Source of the DNA: Telmatocola sphagniphila
GTDB lineage: Bacteria > Planctomycetota > Planctomycetia > Gemmatales > Gemmataceae
DNA length: 32,000 nucleotides
Direction of reading: 5' to 3'
Assembly: GCF_018398935.1 (NCBI RefSeq)
Contig: NZ_CP074694.1
Span: forward strand, 6,180,001 to 6,212,000
Positions 7,830 through 17,035 of the stretch are shown in pieces. Positions within the stretch are counted from its first letter, which is position 1. Each line of letters begins with the position of its first letter. The position numbers and the translations under genes are program-made. The notes below the pieces were generated by a model. That model saw only the letters and a program-made list of their open reading frames with translations. It did not search any database and had not been told where the DNA came from.

Positions 7830-9011
7830 TTATTCCTGATCCGCCGGGTTTTCCTTCTTTGCTTCCAGATGGAGCCACTTTTGCATGGCCCGTAATTCTT
7901 TTTGCCAGTCCGAAGAAGCCCGGAGTTTAATGAATGCTTCGAACAATAGATCGTTAGTCTCGATCACCGAACGAATCTGATCGGCGCGGGCATCTAGTTG
8001 TGCTCGTTCGTCGTCTTCCCCAGTATTGGGCAGTTTCAAACCGCTGATCCCCAGCGTCTCGGCAATCAGCTTGTATTCGTACTGCTCCTCCCGACGAACA
8101 ATCGTGATCCCGGCGGCTCGCGGCATCTTGCCGCTTTGCACGGCCCGACGGGCTTCGGGCAGTTTGGTCGGCCCTTCGCTGGTGATGGTTTCATGCCCGG
8201 TTTGCCCGCGTGGGCATTCCAGAGTCAGAGTTCGGGCTAGCATGATCACCGCTTCGGTATCGTCGCTCAGTTTAAGGGTTTCCCGATCGGTGTCGGCCCG
8301 GAACCAGAGCCAGAGAAGAAACTCGTTGCCCAGAAAATCGCGGCTGCTTTCATCGAGTATCCAAGCATACTCCTTGGGCGTCGTTCCTGGTACGAAATTC
8401 GAGGGGGCGGCATCGTCGACGTTGCGGGTCTGCTGATGCAGTTCCGCCAGGTTGAAGGCGATCTTGCCGGAAGTCAGCGAGTCGAAGGTTAAGCCGAAAG
8501 TATTGCGGAACAAGACGATCAAGCGATCTAGCTGTGTAACGCTGGTCGTTCCAAAATAAATTTCATGGCTCTTGCGATCCCAGACTATTTCGATTGCTTT
8601 ACGGCGGATGAAGCGGCCGTCTTTGGCTTCGTGTTCGAGGCGTTCGCGCGCCGATTCGCGAGCTTCCCGTTTTTGTCGGGCACTCGGTTTGCCGCTCGGA
8701 TTATTCGCGGAAAGTGCCTGCAAATCGACAGAATAGTATGCGCGGAGAAGGTCGCTGGGCAATTTCTGCTGATCGATCCGCAGACTGAAAAACAGCATGT
8801 CGTTGATGATGTTCTTGGCCAGTTCGAAATTCGTATCGAGAATGTGAGCGCCCGCCGTCCAGCCGGTTTCGATGCCGTCCGCGGAAACGAGCCTCTGCCG
8901 TCCGGCCGCATTGTTCGCCAGCAGTTCCAGTTGCGTTTCATCGAATAGTTGCGGGGCCTTACCCGTGAGCTTGAAGCGCGTGAAAGTCACCCGACCGGAA
9001 AAGAAACCCAT
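7830..9011 (-). CDS. rdgC: RdgC-like recombination-associated protein (tentative)
   Basis: Block order resembles RdgC as I recall it. The blocks are N-terminal FFSGRVTFTRFKL, a GW block (GIETGWTAG), KLPSDLLRAYY followed by a charged helix, then VWDRKSHEIYFGTTSVTQLDRLIVLFRNTFG. At 393 aa it is longer than E. coli RdgC (about 300 aa). This match is from memory only and has not been searched. Confidence 0.5.
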   Translation of the reverse strand: MGFFSGRVTFTRFKLTGKAPQLFDETQLELLANNAAGRQRLVSADGIETGWTAGAHILDTNFELAKNIINDMLFFSLRIDQQKLPSDLLRAYYSVDLQALSANNPSGKPSARQKREARESARERLEHEAKDGRFIRRKAIEIVWDRKSHEIYFGTTSVTQLDRLIVLFRNTFGLTFDSLTSGKIAFNLAELHQQTRNVDDAAPSNFVPGTTPKEYAWILDESSRDFLGNEFLLWLWFRADTDRETLKLSDDTEAVIMLARTLTLECPRGQTGHETITSEGPTKLPEARRAVQSGKMPRAAGITIVRREEQYEYKLIAETLGISGLKLPNTGEDDERAQLDARADQIRSVIETNDLLFEAFIKLRASSDWQKELRAMQKWLHLEAKKENPADQE

Positions 9012-9162
9012 TACCGGCTCCCGGAAAGTAATCGTTTGAGAAGTGATTGATTTATCGGCGGGAAATGCCGGGCCAAGCCGTTTAATTCAAAAGCCGGAAG
9101 GGGTAAAAACGCTTCAATCAATTTTGGGCGGCAAGATCGTTACAATCCTACGCTTCTACCCA

Positions 9163-10320
9163 CTATTCGCCTACCAGAACCACATCCAGGGTCATCTCTT
9201 TGCTGCCATCGCGGATGATCTTCACTTTCACCGATTGGTTTACCCGGCAGGCCCGCACGTAGGTATCGAGCGCGGCGTAGTCTGCAATTTCCTTGCCGTT
9301 GAATCCGACAATGATGTCGCCAAACAACAGATCGTTTCCTTCGCTTCGGCGAATTCCCAATATCCCCGCTTTATCGGCCGAGGAATTCGGGCGAACTTCC
9401 TGAACCATCACCCCTTTTTCAAAGCCGACTTTGCGGGTGATGTCTTCGCGCACCGGCACGATTCCCAACGAGGCGCGGGCAACGCGGCCACCGCTAATTA
9501 AAGCGGGCACGATCTGATTCACGGTATCGACCGGTATGGCGAAACCAATACCGACGCTACCACCCGAAGGGGTTTTGATGGCGGTGTTCACGCCGATCAA
9601 ACGGCCATCCTTGTCGAACAGCGGCCCACCGGAGTTCCCGGGATTCAAGGCCGCATCAGTTTGAATGGCCCCATGAATTGTGCGATTGTTCTGCGATTGA
9701 ATTTCCCGATCGAGCGCGCTGACGATGCCTTGCGTCAGTGTCAAACTTTGGCCGAAGGGATTGCCGATCGCATAAACAGTCTGGCCCACTTCGAGATCGT
9801 GGGATGTGCCAACAGGCACGGCTTTCAGTTTGTCCGAATCGGCATCGATCTTCAGCACGGCCAAATCGCTATCTTCATCCAGGCCCACCAGTTTGGCCTG
9901 ATAGCCGGTTCCTCCCAGTGTGACCCGGACATTCAAGTGGTTGATGAGGGCATCCCGAATGACGTGCAGGTTGGTCACGATGTGACCTTCCTTGTCCCAG
10001 ACAATTCCTGAACCGGTGCCATAAGGGCGCTCGATCAGGCTACTGTCGAAGACATTTCGCTGGATCGCGAAAATATCCACGTTGGCCACGCAGTCCTTGG
10101 CATTCTTGAAGAACTGGATGCGAGCTTTTTCTTCGTTGTCCGGTTCGCCCTTGGGGGTGACCGGACGCGGATCGGCTTTGACGTTTTCCCCCAGATCGTT
10201 GGGACGGTGTGCGAACCCGCCCATCCAGAGGCCGACGACCACCAGACCGATGATCGCCAGCAATGCTACAAACGCCCAGGGACCGTTATTGTTACCGGAA
10301 TGATTGGATAGTCTGTTCAT
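9163..10320 (-). CDS. HtrA/DegP-family serine protease (S1C) with one PDZ domain and an N-terminal membrane anchor
   Basis: Catalytic triad contexts HIVTNLHVI, DSDLAVLKI and GNSGGPLF. C-terminal PDZ-like region (GVMVQEVRPNSSADKAGI...GDIIVGFNGKEI). N-terminal TM segment WAFVALLAIIGLVVVGLWMGG. Confidence 0.9.
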   Translation of the reverse strand: MNRLSNHSGNNNGPWAFVALLAIIGLVVVGLWMGGFAHRPNDLGENVKADPRPVTPKGEPDNEEKARIQFFKNAKDCVANVDIFAIQRNVFDSSLIERPYGTGSGIVWDKEGHIVTNLHVIRDALINHLNVRVTLGGTGYQAKLVGLDEDSDLAVLKIDADSDKLKAVPVGTSHDLEVGQTVYAIGNPFGQSLTLTQGIVSALDREIQSQNNRTIHGAIQTDAALNPGNSGGPLFDKDGRLIGVNTAIKTPSGGSVGIGFAIPVDTVNQIVPALISGGRVARASLGIVPVREDITRKVGFEKGVMVQEVRPNSSADKAGILGIRRSEGNDLLFGDIIVGFNGKEIADYAALDTYVRACRVNQSVKVKIIRDGSKEMTLDVVLVGE

Positions 10321-10323
10321 GGC

Positions 10324-12939
10324 TTACGCCTTAGCTGTAAAACTCAGATTGTCCATCGCTTCATCATAGTCCGCGACTATGGTTTGGCCGTCCTTGACTT
10401 CGCCGGTCAAAAGCATGCGAGCCAGCACGTTTTCGATTTCCTTTTGGATCGTCCTCTTCAAAGGACGGGCTCCATACGTCGGATCGTAACCATCCTTCAC
10501 CAGGAAGGATTTTGCGGCATCGGTCAACTCGAGAGACATTTGCCGCTCGGCCAACCGCTCGCGCAGCCGACCCAGTTGAATCTCCACGATTTCCTTGAGA
10601 TTCGCTTCAGTCAGTGCGTGGAACACAATGATCTCATCGACGCGGTTCAGGAATTCGGGTCGGAAGTGGTGCCGGAGATCCTCAATCACGGCATTCTTCA
10701 TGCGGTCGAAGACTTCGCCGATCTGACCGCCTTTCATCTGCAGAATCTTCTGACTGCCGATATTGGAAGTCATGATAATGATGCAGTTCTTGAAATCGAC
10801 CACCCGGCCCTGACTATCGGTCAGCCGACCATCGTCGAGCACCTGAAGCAGGACGTTGAAGACATCCGCGTGGGCCTTTTCGATTTCATCGAACAGAACC
10901 ACGGAGTAGGGCTTCCGCCGAACCGCTTCGGTCAGTTGTCCCCCTTCATCGTAACCAATATAGCCGGGAGGTGCGCCGATCAATCGGGCGACGGTGTGCT
11001 TTTCCTGATACTCGGACATATCAATGCGAATCATCGACTTTTCATCGTCGAATAGAAATTGCGCCAAGGCCCGGGCCAGTTCCGTTTTTCCTACGCCGGT
11101 CGGCCCGAGAAAGATGAAAGAGCCGATGGGTCGTTGCGGGTCTTTCAGGCCGGAGCGGGCACGCACCACGGCTTCGGAAACGGAACGAACCGCTTCGGTT
11201 TGACCAATAACCCGTTTTTCGAGAGTATCTTCCAGCTGAAGGAGCTTCTCTTTTTCTCCTTCCAGCAGCCGGCTGACGGGCACCCCCGTCCAACGGCTGA
11301 CCACCGCAGCGATTTCCTCTTCGCCCACTTCTTCCTTGATGAGTTTGGCCGTACCGGCGTTGCGATTGAGGTCTTCCTGTGCGACTTTGAGTTTTCGTTC
11401 GAGTTCCGGCAGCTTGCCATACTTCAGTTCGGCCGCTTTGTTCAGATCGTACTGCCGCTCTGCCTGTTCGATCTGTTGCTTAGCCGTCTCAATCTGTTCT
11501 CGCAGTGCCTGCAGTTGTCCCACAGATTGCTTTTCGGATTGCCACTGGGCTTTCAGGCTGTCCGACTGCTCTTTGAGGTTGGACAGTTCTTTCTCGAGTT
11601 TGCTCAGTCGATCTTTCGAAACGGCGTCGGTTTCCTTTTTCAGGGCCTGCCGTTCGATTTCGAGCTGCATCACCCGGCGCGAGAGATCGTCGAGTGCGGT
11701 CGGCATCGAATCGATTTCCGTCCGTAGCTTGGCCGCCGATTCGTCGACCAAATCGATTGCTTTATCGGGAAGGAAGCGATCGCTGATGTAGCGATTCGAA
11801 AGAACCGCCGCGGCCACCAAAGCGGAGTCTTTGATCCGGACGCCGTGGTGCAATTCGTAGCGTTCCTTGAGGCCGCGCAGAATCGAGATGGTATCCTCGA
11901 CGCTCGGCTGATCGACGAGCACGGTCTGAAACCGGCGTTCAAGCGCCGCATCTTTTTCGATGTGCTGCCGATATTCATCGAGCGTGGTTGCCCCGATGCA
12001 GTGCAACTCGCCGCGAGCCAGCATTGGCTTCAGGAGGTTACCGGCGTCCATCGCCCCTTCCGCTTTGCCCGCGCCGACGACCGTGTGCAATTCATCGATG
12101 AACAGAATGATTTTTCCGTTCGAATCGGTGACTTCCTTCAGCACGGCTTTGAGACGTTCTTCGAATTCGCCGCGGAACTTGGCCCCGGCAATCAATGCTC
12201 CCATGTCGAGAGCGATCACTTTTTTGTTCTTCAAGCCCTCGGGTACGTCGCCGCGAATGATGCGCTGGGCCAAACCCTCTACAATGGCGGTTTTACCCAC
12301 CCCCGGTTCGCCGATGAGTACCGGGTTATTTTTGGTTCGTCGGGACAGTACTTGAATTACCCGGCGAATTTCCTCGTCGCGTCCTATCACCGGATCAAGT
12401 TTGCCGCGCTGGGCCATCTGCGTTAGATCGCGGCCAAATTTTTCGAGCGATTGGTAAGTCTCTTCGGGGTTCTGAGTCGTCACGCGTTGATTGCCCCGAA
12501 TCTCCTGCAGCAGCTGGAGAACTCGAGCGCGATTCAGACCAAAATCCGCTAGCATTTGCCCGGCGACTCCTTTGTCGGAAGTCATGGCCAGCAGCAGGTG
12601 TTCGACCGAAATGTACTCGTCTTTCAGAGCCTTGGCTTCATCCTCGGCCTGAACCAGAATCAATTTGTTTAATCGTCCCGTGAGCGATACATGTTCCGGG
12701 TTGCTTCCCGAACCTGTAACGCGCGGCAGCTTTTCAATTTCTCTCTGGAGTTTGATCAATAGGGCGTCTTTGGTCAAACCCGCCTTGCTGATCAGGTTGG
12801 GAACGAGTCCGTTTTCCTGCTCGATCAAAGCGAGTAGAAGATGTTCAATATCAATGGATTGGTTGGAGTAGCGGACAGCCAGACGCTGGGCGGATTGTAG
12901 GGCGTCCTGGGCTTTCTCCGTGAACCGGTTAATGTTCAT
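10324..12939 (-). CDS. clpB: ATP-dependent chaperone/disaggregase ClpB
   Basis: 871 aa with a Clp N-domain and two Walker A motifs ([15 protein letters not shown] and [15 protein letters not shown]). A long coiled-coil middle domain separates them, and the C-terminus is a D2 small domain. An AGAGAGG SD-like motif lies about 8 nt upstream of the ATG. Confidence 0.95.
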   Translation of the reverse strand: MNINRFTEKAQDALQSAQRLAVRYSNQSIDIEHLLLALIEQENGLVPNLISKAGLTKDALLIKLQREIEKLPRVTGSGSNPEHVSLTGRLNKLILVQAEDEAKALKDEYISVEHLLLAMTSDKGVAGQMLADFGLNRARVLQLLQEIRGNQRVTTQNPEETYQSLEKFGRDLTQMAQRGKLDPVIGRDEEIRRVIQVLSRRTKNNPVLIGEPGVGKTAIVEGLAQRIIRGDVPEGLKNKKVIALDMGALIAGAKFRGEFEERLKAVLKEVTDSNGKIILFIDELHTVVGAGKAEGAMDAGNLLKPMLARGELHCIGATTLDEYRQHIEKDAALERRFQTVLVDQPSVEDTISILRGLKERYELHHGVRIKDSALVAAAVLSNRYISDRFLPDKAIDLVDESAAKLRTEIDSMPTALDDLSRRVMQLEIERQALKKETDAVSKDRLSKLEKELSNLKEQSDSLKAQWQSEKQSVGQLQALREQIETAKQQIEQAERQYDLNKAAELKYGKLPELERKLKVAQEDLNRNAGTAKLIKEEVGEEEIAAVVSRWTGVPVSRLLEGEKEKLLQLEDTLEKRVIGQTEAVRSVSEAVVRARSGLKDPQRPIGSFIFLGPTGVGKTELARALAQFLFDDEKSMIRIDMSEYQEKHTVARLIGAPPGYIGYDEGGQLTEAVRRKPYSVVLFDEIEKAHADVFNVLLQVLDDGRLTDSQGRVVDFKNCIIIMTSNIGSQKILQMKGGQIGEVFDRMKNAVIEDLRHHFRPEFLNRVDEIIVFHALTEANLKEIVEIQLGRLRERLAERQMSLELTDAAKSFLVKDGYDPTYGARPLKRTIQKEIENVLARMLLTGEVKDGQTIVADYDEAMDNLSFTAKA

Positions 12940-13073
12940 GGATATACCTCTCTTTCACAAGACTCCAGATGCAATCGCTGTGCCAATGCAAAGGAATCCC
13001 TTCCAGAGAAATTCTAGGCAATTTCATTGCTCAGCTGGAATTCGCGTCGATTATTTGTGCGCAAAATGCTGAT

Positions 13074-13748
13074 TTAAGGTGCCAATTTGGCGGTCAAATC
13101 CGCGATCTCCTGTTGCAGATTTTGGCGAGCCCTCTCTTCTCCCTCCAATTTCATCAAGCGAGTCTGGTAAATCGACGGTCGATTCAGGAACGATTCCAGC
13201 ACCTTCATCCGGCCGACAACATATTCCTGTTCGGGTACGTGGGCATACTCTTTCCGGATCGCTTCGGAATATCGCTTGTACCGTTTCTCTTCCGCGCCGA
13301 GAATCGCCAGATCGGCGTCCAGCAGCAGGGCCGCTTCCTCACTGATCGCAGCGAGTGGAGTATGCCGAGTTGCCAAGATGAGATCCCGAATGCGGGAAAT
13401 GTCCGAAGGCGACAACTCCAGGGTTGCTAATTCCGCTTCCGCCATCCGGGCCGAGGCTTCTTCGTTGTCCTGGGCTTTCGGATCGTAGACAGCATCATGA
13501 AACCACACGGCCAGTTGCAGGATCGGCAAGGATCGATTCCCACTCCCGAGCTTGCCCAGGATCTTCAGCATTTCGGTAATATGTTCCAGAGTGTGGTAAT
13601 GCCGGTGCGGCTCCGCATAAGCGGCCACTAATCTGTCGTAGAGCGGATAGGCTGGAGCCGGTTGAATGCCCAGCCGGTCCATGAGGTTCACCCAACTCAG
13701 TTGAAGGACGTATAGCTTCTCGGGAGACAGTCTTTCGTGCTCGTACAT
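13074..13748 (-). CDS. HD-superfamily metal-dependent phosphohydrolase (COG4339-like)
   Basis: Contains EPHRHYHTLEHITEML and LAVWFHDAVYDP, the H...HD metal-binding pattern. Length 224 aa. Confidence 0.7.
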   Translation of the reverse strand: MYEHERLSPEKLYVLQLSWVNLMDRLGIQPAPAYPLYDRLVAAYAEPHRHYHTLEHITEMLKILGKLGSGNRSLPILQLAVWFHDAVYDPKAQDNEEASARMAEAELATLELSPSDISRIRDLILATRHTPLAAISEEAALLLDADLAILGAEEKRYKRYSEAIRKEYAHVPEQEYVVGRMKVLESFLNRPSIYQTRLMKLEGEERARQNLQQEIADLTAKLAP

Positions 13749-14045
13749 ATTTCTTCAAAAGATGACTAGGGATTCAACGCTCTTATCTCATCATAGTCGA
13801 GTGTTCCGGCGGAAAGTGAGACTTCCCTGAACCGAGCCTCCAACTTATTCTTTCCTGCGACTCTGACCGCTTGAGCGAAAAAAGTGACGGTGCTTCTATT
13901 TTTAGGGAGAATGGCAGTCTGCTCAAAACCCCCAACTCCGGCTAATTCGCCCTCCTTCACAAAGCCCTGATCTTGACAGCGATGCGAAACGGGTTTATTT
14001 CAGCCGCCGAAGTTGAATTAAATCCCACCCCCGGGGAGAGTTACG

Positions 14046-14243
14046 ATGCGAAAGTCCTTGAGAACACTTTTGATCTGTTTGCTGGCCGCGAATCTGACGG
14101 GCTGCTGCCAATCCTGCGATAATTATTGCGATCGCTATTACAACGATCCTTGTGCGCCGAAACGGGATGCCTGCAACGATCCTTGTGCGCCGCGTCGAAC
14201 CGGTAGCGCTCCAGCCACCTATCCGGTGGAAGACTTAAGATGA
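14046..14243 (+). CDS. small cysteine-rich lipoprotein (65 aa)
   Basis: Signal peptide plus lipobox, MRKSLRTLLICLLAANLTG|C. The mature part begins CCQSCDNYCDRYYNDPCAPKRDACNDPCAPRR, with 7 Cys in 28 residues. A GGGGAGAG SD-like motif lies 5 nt upstream of the ATG. Confidence 0.6.
   Translation: MRKSLRTLLICLLAANLTGCCQSCDNYCDRYYNDPCAPKRDACNDPCAPRRTGSAPATYPVEDLR
14141..14192 (+). repeat. 19-bp perfect direct repeat with 33-bp period inside the lipoprotein gene
   Basis: CAACGATCCTTGTGCGCCG occurs at 14141-14159 and again at 14174-14192. The copies encode the duplicated peptide NDPCAP(K/R)R. Confidence 0.9.
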
Positions 14244-14272
14244 TTTGAAGCAGAATCTCGATCGCCCGCAGT

Positions 14273-15871
14273 TTACTCGGCGACACGCACGCCCTGATTT
14301 TTGTCGTACCAGTCCCGCAAATCGTTTTCGCAGCGCCGCAAAGCCATTCTTCGCATCCGCCAGGCCAACACTGTGTAGGGGATTATAATCAGGCAGGGCC
14401 AGGAAACTGGATTCAAGAGAGTCGCATAAACGATTCCCTGTGGGAACAGCATCGCCCAGGTTGGGCCCAGATAGTGGTAGACCAGAAAAATGATCAACGG
14501 CATGCCCAGGGTCAGGAACGAACCTAACCCATTGGCCTGATAGCCGCTGCTGAAGGCCAGGAAGCCAAGCAGAAAGGCAAAAGCCCAGACGAGTAAGCCG
14601 GCCGATACGGAAACTAAAAGTTGCGATAGATCGATCCGGCCAGAAAACCAAAGCGCCAGCCAGAGCATCCCGGCAATAAGCAGGTAGCCCCGGCCTCGCT
14701 TCAAAGCGGCCGCTAGAGAAGCGTTCCAGTAATCCCGTCCATCCAGTTCAGTAAGCAGCAAAAGCTCCAAGCGCCGACAGCGATCCTGCGTGCTACTATC
14801 CCAGAGCCCATATTGAAAAGCAGCCGGTACCGCGGCGAGGATCACTAACCCCGTAACTAAGCCGGGCACCCCGCCCATCTTTTCGAAAATTTCGAAAACG
14901 AGCCGGCCCATCCAGGGGGGCCAGGCATCTCCGGCCAGAATGTAGGCGGCGTAAATCGTGGAGAATCCCCCGGCCAGCCAGATGTTCACGCGTCCCGAGA
15001 ACTCCATAACCCGCTTCACCGCCCACCAGGAGAGCGGCTGTTCCCCAATGCGGGCAACCTCGTCCACGCGATTGGTGAAGAAGGGGCGATAGTGCCGGTC
15101 GGCGAAATGCCCTTGGAGTCGGTAGGCGGCCCGGATGAAAAACACCACGGAAGCAATCACCCCAATGAGACAGCATTCCTGCATCATCTCCCAGGCTACG
15201 ATCGCATTGCGGCGCGGGCTCATCCAGTAAGCAACCACGCCGAACGGATTCCCATCGTGAAGATAGCGGTAAGCATCGAAGATCACCTGACCGACGGACG
15301 TGGGTAAAGCCAGAAGCCACTCCCGCAGATGCTCCCCGGCTAAAACCCCGACGACCAGATAGATAATCACCCCGACGATTGCGACCACCTCGCCCACCCG
15401 TTTCACCAACAGGGTTTCGTAGGCCCAAACCGTCAGTCCCAGCGCGGCCGTTACACCCCAGATAAAGGGGAGAACGAACACGGCCCAAATGTCGAAGTAT
15501 TGCAGCAGCCCCACCGAGCAGAGCAACAGGATGACTGGCAATCCAGCGAGGTGAACGAAAAGGAATCGACTCAAACCCACAGCCGCTTCGGCGAAAAACA
15601 GTCTTTTGGGTTGCACCGGGGAAGTCAGCATGAACTCCAGGGCCTGGCTCTTGGGCATTTGCGTCAGTCGCCAACCGCAGACGATGGAGGCTTCCACAAT
15701 CGAAACGGCGATCAGTACCTGGGAGGCCAGAGTCAGCGTCTGCAGATTGGCATTGGCCTGGATAACCAGTCCCAAAGCACAGAGAAAAATTACGTGAACC
15801 ACCGCCGCCCGGCGCAAGGAGAGCTGGCGGGTGGGGGAGACCATGGCAATATGGAAAAAAGCAGAAAGCAT
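14273..15871 (-). CDS. polytopic membrane protein, internally duplicated and ABC-2-permease-like (about 12 TM)
   Basis: 532 aa and highly hydrophobic. Two copies of the ABC-2-type block are present, ALEFMLTSPVQPKRLFF near residue 75 and RLELLLLTELDGRDYW near residue 370. Its ATG lies 6 nt after the kinase stop codon. Confidence 0.55.
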   Translation of the reverse strand: MLSAFFHIAMVSPTRQLSLRRAAVVHVIFLCALGLVIQANANLQTLTLASQVLIAVSIVEASIVCGWRLTQMPKSQALEFMLTSPVQPKRLFFAEAAVGLSRFLFVHLAGLPVILLLCSVGLLQYFDIWAVFVLPFIWGVTAALGLTVWAYETLLVKRVGEVVAIVGVIIYLVVGVLAGEHLREWLLALPTSVGQVIFDAYRYLHDGNPFGVVAYWMSPRRNAIVAWEMMQECCLIGVIASVVFFIRAAYRLQGHFADRHYRPFFTNRVDEVARIGEQPLSWWAVKRVMEFSGRVNIWLAGGFSTIYAAYILAGDAWPPWMGRLVFEIFEKMGGVPGLVTGLVILAAVPAAFQYGLWDSSTQDRCRRLELLLLTELDGRDYWNASLAAALKRGRGYLLIAGMLWLALWFSGRIDLSQLLVSVSAGLLVWAFAFLLGFLAFSSGYQANGLGSFLTLGMPLIIFLVYHYLGPTWAMLFPQGIVYATLLNPVSWPCLIIIPYTVLAWRMRRMALRRCENDLRDWYDKNQGVRVAE

Positions 15872-15877
15872 TATTTG

Positions 15878-16831
15878 TTAGTTCGGAGATGACATGATCT
15901 GGGTGAATTGGATCGATTGTCCCATCATCGTCGATTTCTTACCGCTTCCGTAAGCCGTTTTACCCGCGCCGGCACCCGAACCGGACAGACCAAAGCCGTG
16001 CACTTCCCGGATTTTCCGAATCATTTCCGTACAGCTGGACCAGCGATTCGTTGGATCGAGATCGAGCGCGCGATAGAGGATTCCTTCTTCCTGTTGTGGT
16101 ACTAGGGTCAAATCGGGCTGCGGGCGTTTATAGGAGTAACTTCTGACGAACGAATTATTCTCTGGCGGCGGGAAGGGGAAGCAGCCGGTTCGCAGGAAGT
16201 AGTAGGTGACACCGAGACTATACTGGTCCGATTTCTCGGAAAGAATTCCGCGATGCATCTCGGGAGGTGCGAAATCGATCGTTCCCATTCTCATGACGGG
16301 ATTGTTGGGAGCATAAGTTGGAGTGCTCAAGCCGAAGTCGGCCAGCTTCACCCTATCGCCGAACAATAGCAGGTTGCTGGGCTTGATATCGCAATGCTGA
16401 AAGCCAACGGTGCGGTTCTCGAAGTTATGTTGACGGCTGTTCAAGAAGTCGATCGATTTGGCCACTTGTCCCAGATAATCGAGCAAAAGTTTCAGTTCGA
16501 TAGGAGATTTGTACTCTTCCTGAAACGCGGCCAGCAAATCGAGCATGCTGCCTTCGGCCAGTTCCATCGAAATCACAATATAGCCGGGAACGCAGGTGAT
16601 CTGTTCCATCCGGGTGAGTCCCGGGTAATCCAGCCGCTGCATGGCTGAAAGAGATTTGATCTCTTTGACAGTAGTACTGGTATTGCTGCTGGGGATGAAT
16701 TTCAGGGCGACCTTTTCGTTGCCTCGAGCCGCTTCCCAAACTTCTGCGAATCCCCCTTTACCGAGTACCTGGGTCAAGCGGTAGCCGGGGAGAGGTTCAG
16801 CACCAGATTCTAGCGGGACGCGGTAAGCCAC
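15878..16831 (-). CDS. Hanks-type serine/threonine protein kinase, soluble, with no sensor or TM domain
   Basis: Gly-loop LGKGGFAEVW, VALKFI lysine, catalytic loop HCDIKPSNLLL, DFG (LADFGLS) and an APE-like motif FAPPE. It has a GTG start, and an in-frame stop lies 9 codons upstream. The C-terminal tail is short and Gly/Ser-rich. Confidence 0.9.
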   Translation of the reverse strand: MAYRVPLESGAEPLPGYRLTQVLGKGGFAEVWEAARGNEKVALKFIPSSNTSTTVKEIKSLSAMQRLDYPGLTRMEQITCVPGYIVISMELAEGSMLDLLAAFQEEYKSPIELKLLLDYLGQVAKSIDFLNSRQHNFENRTVGFQHCDIKPSNLLLFGDRVKLADFGLSTPTYAPNNPVMRMGTIDFAPPEMHRGILSEKSDQYSLGVTYYFLRTGCFPFPPPENNSFVRSYSYKRPQPDLTLVPQQEEGILYRALDLDPTNRWSSCTEMIRKIREVHGFGLSGSGAGAGKTAYGSGKKSTMMGQSIQFTQIMSSPN

Positions 16832-16904
16832 GGATTTCTCGTTCGCCCAATCGGATGATCATTCCTAGGGATAACTAAAAGAACTTAGCACATGGAATAC
16901 GCGA

Positions 16905-16961
16905 ATTACGTAATCCCGCGCCAAATTTTCATTTACAATCACTACGGTAAGGCAAATTGCC
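16905..16961. promoter_or_regulatory. two palindromes in the kinase/TPR divergent intergenic region (candidate operators)
   Basis: ATTACGTAAT is a perfect 10-bp palindrome at 16905-16914, flanked by GCG and CGC. GGCAA-a-TTGCC lies at 16951-16961. Both sit in an A/T-rich 204-bp divergent region. Confidence 0.25.
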
Positions 16962-17035
16962 ATAGCTGCAAAATGTCAAACCAGGTAATATTCACTTATT
17001 GAAGGTAATCGTTGTTCTTAAGGGAGGTCAACGGC

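Noticed and set aside
10384-12426. Series of 130-220-aa plus-strand ORFs opposite clpB (10384-11055, 11059-11727, 11845-12426, 11960-12355)
   Set aside because: All are antisense to an unambiguous 871-aa ClpB with both Walker A motifs, and none has recognisable motifs.
12940-13073. Search for a heat-shock promoter or operator upstream of clpB
   Set aside because: I found only short palindromes (AGAAaTTCT at 13007-15, and TGCA...TGCA) and a weak TTCCAG-N18-TAGAAT arrangement. There is no CIRCE element and no convincing CTTGAAA/CCCCAT sigma32 pattern, so nothing is strong enough to call.
13766-13960. 64-aa GTG-initiated ORF in the 297-bp gap between the HD gene and the lipoprotein gene
   Set aside because: It has no motif and uses codons that are rare in the neighbouring genes (TTA, AGA, ATA, AGG). 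It has a non-ATG start without an SD. It cannot be excluded as a small protein, but support is insufficient, so I treat the region as promoter or untranslated DNA.
14796-15674. 292-aa alternative-frame ORF on the same strand inside the membrane-protein gene
   Set aside because: Its product is Arg/Gly/Pro-rich and looks out of frame. The 532-aa frame yields regular hydrophobic TM segments.
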